Source of the DNA: Candidatus Multivorans sp.
GTDB taxonomy: Bacteria > Acidobacteriota > Thermoanaerobaculia > Multivoradales > Multivoraceae
Direction: 5' to 3'
NCBI GenBank assembly: GCA_965247095.1
Contig: OZ251997.1
Coordinates: 640,001-704,000, forward strand
DNA: 64,000 nucleotides
Both the position numbers and the translations under genes were made by a program. A model generated the notes under the pieces. The model made no database searches, was not told the DNA's origin, and saw only the letters and a list, made by a program, of their open reading frames with translations. This document shows positions 59,693-64,000 of the stretch, in pieces (the first letter of the stretch is position 1; the number at the start of each line of letters is the position of its first letter).

Positions 59693-61393
59693 TTAGATTC
59701 GCCCGCCCATCACCACGTCGAGCAGGTAGGGGCCGCCGGTGGCGAACGCTTCCCGCACCGCGTCTTCGACTTCGGCCGGATCCTCGATCCGGCGTCCCGG
59801 CACCCCCATTCCGGCCGCCATCTCGACGAAATCGAGTTCCGGTTCGGTCAGGTTCATGTGCGGGTATGGCCGGTCGGCGGGAATGCCGAAGCGTTCCCGG
59901 TAGATGTCCATGTTGATCTTCAGGATCTTGTACTCGCGGTTGTGCAGGATCAGGAACACGATCGGCATGTCGTAGTGGGCCGCGGTCCAGAGCGCCTGGA
60001 TCGAGTACATCGCCGACCCGTCGCCCGAGAACACGATGACCGGGCGTTCGGGGTGGGCGAGCGAGGCGCCGATGCCGCCGACGAGGCCCTGGCCGATGCC
60101 GCCGCCGCGCGTGCCGCAGTAGCGGTCCGGCTCGTCGATGGGCAGGAAGCCGAGCAGGTCGCCGCCGGCGGTGATCGACTCGTTGACCACCACCGCGTCG
60201 TCGGGCAGGGCCTTGGCGACCTCGGACATAAGCCGGGCCGGCGACATGGGGGCATCGTCGAAGTGGGCGGCAAGGCGCTTCTGCCGACCGGCTCGATCGC
60301 CGGCGTTCGCGGTTCGCAGGGCCTCCATCCGGTCCGCGGCGCCAGCGCGGAAGCCGGCGTCGGCCGAGGCCTCGATCGCATCGCGCACGGCCGCGAGCCC
60401 GGCGCGCGGGTCGGCGACCATGCCCGCATCGACGGCGAAGTTGAACGAGAGGCGACTCGGCGAGTCCTCGATCTGGAGCACGGTCGCCTCCGGGTCGAAG
60501 GGTGGGTCGGGATCGAACCAGACCTCTTCGAAGAAGGAGCCGCCGACCAGCAGCACGACATCCGCGTCGCCGAGCGCGTGCCGGATGCCGGCGTGGTTGA
60601 GCGGCATCCGCGGCCGGAAACAGACGTGGCTTTGCGGGAAGTTCAGGCGGTGGACCAGACCCTCCGGGTAGACGCTCGCTCCCAGCAACTCGGCCAGGGC
60701 GACGAGCTCCGCCTGGCCATTGCTGCGGGCAACGCCGTCGCCGACCACGATCGCGGGCCGGCGCGCGCGCCGCAGTGCTGTTGCGAAGCGCTCGACGGCG
60801 GCGGCTTCGGGCTGCGGCGCCCGGTAGAGATCGCCGAGGGGCCGGGCCGCTTCCGTGGTCTCCTGCTCCAGGACGTTGATCGGCAGGGCGACGAACACCG
60901 GGCCGGCCGGCGGATCGTGCGCGATCTTGAAGGCGCGGTGCAGCACCGGCGCGAACTCGTCCGCGTGCTCGACCTGCACGCTCCACTTGACCAGCGGTGC
61001 GGCCATCGCCACCAGGTCGTGGCCGAGCAGGGGTTCGCGCAGCCTCGAGCGCGTGTCCTGCTGGCCGGCCGTGATCACCATCGGGCTGTTCGCCTCCCAG
61101 GCGTTGTAGAGCATGCCGAGACCGTTGCCGAGACCCGGCGCCACGTGCAGGTTGACGACCCCCGTGATGCCGGTCGACTGGGCGTAGTAGTGGGCCGCGC
61201 CCAGGGCTACGGACTCGTGCAGGGCGAGCACGTAGTGCAGGTCCGGATGGTCGCCGAGGCGGTCCATCAGGGGGCTCTCCGTGGTGCCCGGGTTGCCGAA
61301 CAGGAAGGGGACGCCGTACTCGGACAGGGCATCGAGCAGAACGTCACCGCCGCGCTTGGGGGTGTGTCGGGGACGGATCGCCGGCATGCTCAT
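59693..61393 (-). CDS. Thiamine-diphosphate enzyme, benzoylformate decarboxylase-like
   Basis: [43 protein letters not shown]...HNREY (ThDP motif). Confidence 0.88.
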   Translation of the reverse strand: MSMPAIRPRHTPKRGGDVLLDALSEYGVPFLFGNPGTTESPLMDRLGDHPDLHYVLALHESVALGAAHYYAQSTGITGVVNLHVAPGLGNGLGMLYNAWEANSPMVITAGQQDTRSRLREPLLGHDLVAMAAPLVKWSVQVEHADEFAPVLHRAFKIAHDPPAGPVFVALPINVLEQETTEAARPLGDLYRAPQPEAAAVERFATALRRARRPAIVVGDGVARSNGQAELVALAELLGASVYPEGLVHRLNFPQSHVCFRPRMPLNHAGIRHALGDADVVLLVGGSFFEEVWFDPDPPFDPEATVLQIEDSPSRLSFNFAVDAGMVADPRAGLAAVRDAIEASADAGFRAGAADRMEALRTANAGDRAGRQKRLAAHFDDAPMSPARLMSEVAKALPDDAVVVNESITAGGDLLGFLPIDEPDRYCGTRGGGIGQGLVGGIGASLAHPERPVIVFSGDGSAMYSIQALWTAAHYDMPIVFLILHNREYKILKINMDIYRERFGIPADRPYPHMNLTEPELDFVEMAAGMGVPGRRIEDPAEVEDAVREAFATGGPYLLDVVMGGRI

Positions 61394-61532
61394 GGCCGGG
61401 GAGGGTAACAGCCCCGACGGACGGGCGTTCGGGCGGCCTTGCCGACGTGGCCGAAGGCGCCTATCCGATGTTACGGTTAGCCCCTTTCGCGGCCGTAAAG
61501 GCGAATCGCAACGAGCCGGATGGAGAAACGGC

Positions 61533-63860
61533 ATGGACTTTGATGAAACGCGTAGGCGTGAAACGGTGAACGAGGTAGTGGAACGGCAGACGGCGTCCGC
61601 GGCGGAGTTCTTCGCCGACGAGCGCTTCAAGGGGATCAGGCGGCTTCATACCGCCCGGGAGGTCGCGGAGCAGCGCGGCACGATTCCTCAGGACTACACG
61701 GTGGCCCGGGAAACCGCCAAGGCGTTCTACGGGCGGCTGCGCGAGCTGTTCGAGCAGAAGCGGTCGATCACCACCTTCGGCCCGTACTCGCCGGGTCAGG
61801 CCGTGGCGATGAAGCGCCGGGGCATCGAGGGCATCTACCTCGGCGGTTGGGCGACCTCTGCCAAGGGCTCGATCACCGAGGATCCGGGGCCGGACCTGGC
61901 GAGTTATCCGTTGAGCCAGGTGCCCGACGAGGCCGCGCCCATCGTCCGCGCGCTGCTCACGGCGGACCGGAACCAGACGTTCACACGCTCGCGGATGAGC
62001 GAAGCCGAGCAGCAGGCGAACCCGCCGACCGACTTCCGTCCCTTCATCGTCGCCGACGCCGATACCGGCCACGGCGGCGAGGACCACGTGCGCAACCTGA
62101 TCCGCCGCTTCGTCGAAGTCGGGGTGCCGGGCTACCACATCGAAGATCAGAAACCCGGGGTCAAGAAGTGCGGCCACCAGGCGGGCAAGGTTGTCGTGCC
62201 TCAGGACGAACAGAACAAGCGCCTCAGCTCGGCCCGCTTCCAGTTGGACGTAATGGGTGTGCCCGGGATCATCGTCGCCCGCACCGACGCGGAGGCGGCC
62301 ACGTTCCTCGACGGCAACGGCGATGAGCGCGACCAGGCCTACCTTCTCGGCGCCACGAATCTCGACCTTCCGAGCTACAAGACGGCGACCCTGGCGATTC
62401 TGCGGCGATTGTGTGCCCTGGGCGCGGACGAGGTCCGGGGCCACGAACTCTACCAGGTGTCCGAGGCCGCCTACCACCGCGCCGACGTCTGGCTGGACGG
62501 CGTCGGTGTCTACGGGCTGCTCGAGTCTGGCTACCGAAAGCTGGTAGCGAGCGGCGGGTCCGACACTGAGACTGTGCTTGACGAGACGATGGCTCGCTTC
62601 CTCGACGCCTGGCAGTTGGAAGCGCGCCTGGTGACCTACCCGCGGGCGGTAGCGGACGAGATGGCGTTCCGCGAAGAAGAAGGCGCGGTGTTCGAACTCT
62701 CGGTCGAGGAGTGGTTGGAGTTCGCCCACTCCGTGTCGGTCGAAGAGGCGGCTGCCCGGGCCCGCAAGATGGGCATCAACCTGGTCTGGAACAGCGAGGT
62801 CGCGCGTACGCCCGAGGGCTACTACCAGATCCGGGGCGGCATCGAGTATGCGATCTCCCGTTCCCTCCAAGCGGCGCCCTACGCGGACCTGCTGTGGATG
62901 GAGACGAAAACGGCCGATCTGGCCGACGCCCGCCGCTTCGCGGAGGCGATCCACGCGGTCTACCCTGACCAGTTGCTGGCCTACAACCTGTCGCCGTCCT
63001 TCAACTGGGACACGACCGGCATGAACGACGAGGAGATGAGAGCGTTCCCCGGGGAACTCGGCAAGCTCGGCTTCGTGTTCAACTTCATCACCTACGGCGG
63101 CCACCAGATCGACGGCCTGGCCGCCGAGGACTTCGCCACGGCCCTGCGCGAGGACGGCATGCTGGCCCTGGCCCGGCTGCAGCGCAAGCTGCGCCTGGTC
63201 GGGTCGCCCTACCGGACGCCGCAGAGCCTGGTGGGCGGCACCCGGCTCGACGGCGCGCTTTCGGCCTCGACCGGCCACACCGCGACGACCAAGGCGATGG
63301 GCAAGGGCTCAACCCAGGCCCAGCACCTGATGCAGACGGAAGTGCCGCCGCGACTGCTCGAGGAGTGGCTCAAGATCTGGCGCGACAAGTACGGCATCGA
63401 CGAGTCTCTGCGCGTCGAGCTGCGGCCCCACGTTGCCGGCTCCGAGCTCCTGGAACTGCGCGTTCTGGCTCAGGCGGGGGGCAGTGAATCGAAGGCCGCG
63501 AACGTGGTCTTCGCGCCAATCCGGGACCGCCGCGAGCGGATGATCCTCTCGGTTCGCGACCAGAACACGTTCGACCTCGATCTGAGGCGCCGGCGTCTGA
63601 TGGCGCTGATCCACATCTTCCTGATCCACCGCTACGGTGCGGTGTGGGTGCACTACGTCAGTCCGACCGACGACAACCAGCACCAAACCCGGCGCATGAT
63701 CGACCTCGGCATCTTCGAGAGCGCGAACACCGAGGTTGGCGAGATCATCGTCGCGGCGGTCAACCGGGAACGGGTGCGGGAGCTCGCCGAACCGGACCAC
63801 GAGTCGCTCACGGCATTGATCGAGAAGACCGAGCCGGTGCCGGTGCGGGCCGCTTCGTGA
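61533..63860 (+). CDS. aceA: Isocitrate lyase, long ICL2 type with C-terminal extra domain
   Basis: [50 protein letters not shown]; ~775 aa. Confidence 0.93.
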   Translation: MDFDETRRRETVNEVVERQTASAAEFFADERFKGIRRLHTAREVAEQRGTIPQDYTVARETAKAFYGRLRELFEQKRSITTFGPYSPGQAVAMKRRGIEGIYLGGWATSAKGSITEDPGPDLASYPLSQVPDEAAPIVRALLTADRNQTFTRSRMSEAEQQANPPTDFRPFIVADADTGHGGEDHVRNLIRRFVEVGVPGYHIEDQKPGVKKCGHQAGKVVVPQDEQNKRLSSARFQLDVMGVPGIIVARTDAEAATFLDGNGDERDQAYLLGATNLDLPSYKTATLAILRRLCALGADEVRGHELYQVSEAAYHRADVWLDGVGVYGLLESGYRKLVASGGSDTETVLDETMARFLDAWQLEARLVTYPRAVADEMAFREEEGAVFELSVEEWLEFAHSVSVEEAAARARKMGINLVWNSEVARTPEGYYQIRGGIEYAISRSLQAAPYADLLWMETKTADLADARRFAEAIHAVYPDQLLAYNLSPSFNWDTTGMNDEEMRAFPGELGKLGFVFNFITYGGHQIDGLAAEDFATALREDGMLALARLQRKLRLVGSPYRTPQSLVGGTRLDGALSASTGHTATTKAMGKGSTQAQHLMQTEVPPRLLEEWLKIWRDKYGIDESLRVELRPHVAGSELLELRVLAQAGGSESKAANVVFAPIRDRRERMILSVRDQNTFDLDLRRRRLMALIHIFLIHRYGAVWVHYVSPTDDNQHQTRRMIDLGIFESANTEVGEIIVAAVNRERVRELAEPDHESLTALIEKTEPVPVRAAS

Positions 63861-64000
63861 TCCAGGCCGCCGGCCGGCAGGCCTGGACGCGCTCCGCCGC
63901 GGCGAGCGGGACCCTGTCGGCGGTCGTGGGTCTGGCGCTCGCGCTCTGGGCGCAGGTGCTTCCGGCGCAGGAGCAGCAGAAGAAGCAGCCGGAGGAACCG
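63857..64000 (+). CDS. N-terminus of a secreted protein (runs off the window)
   Basis: GTG overlaps the aceA stop; [43 protein letters not shown] (signal-peptide-like). Confidence 0.5.
   Translation, partial: MIQAAGRQAWTRSAAASGTLSAVVGLALALWAQVLPAQEQQKKQPEEP

Noticed and set aside
58899-60986. 695-aa ORF suggesting a large fusion to the 2Fe-2S subunit
   Set aside because: The upstream part is an off-frame overlap of the ThDP enzyme gene; the real start is the ATG at 59588 with an SD

Overview
This is a very GC-rich (about 70% by eye), gene-dense bacterial chromosomal segment with about 45 genes. I found no rRNA, tRNA, CRISPR array, integrase or transposase. A VWFA-Acidobacterial-type protein, a PilZ-TM-AMIN protein and giant carboxypeptidase-regulatory-domain proteins suggest Acidobacteriota, possibly Thermoanaerobaculia (inference). 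Core genes include prpE-like acyl-CoA synthetase, isoaspartyl peptidase, an Na+:solute symporter, trpS, a queuosine-precursor transporter, class II DAHP synthase, murJ, hydantoinase/oxoprolinase A, a tripartite RND pump, M16 peptidase, GGT, Zn-ADH, M20 amidohydrolase, haloalkane dehalogenase, a ThDP decarboxylase and a long ICL2-type isocitrate lyase. The main findings follow. (1) A ~74-bp two-hairpin dispersed repeat occurs in 3 copies with compensatory base changes, and one copy is inserted in frame inside a protein-coding gene. (2) A second ~54-bp repeat sits at the 3' end of a broken aminotransferase gene. (3) A MoxR AAA+ / AAA+-linker-vWA pair has non-canonical Walker B motifs and lies near an FAD-subunit-less coxS-coxL pair. 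(4) A Tat-exported xanthine-oxidase-family enzyme is encoded with a cytochrome b anchor. (5) A secreted three-gene locus carries two tandem ~1080-aa paralogues. (6) A DUF262+HEPN putative defence pair and two VapBC-type TA modules are present. All calls come from motif recognition by eye; no database searches were run.
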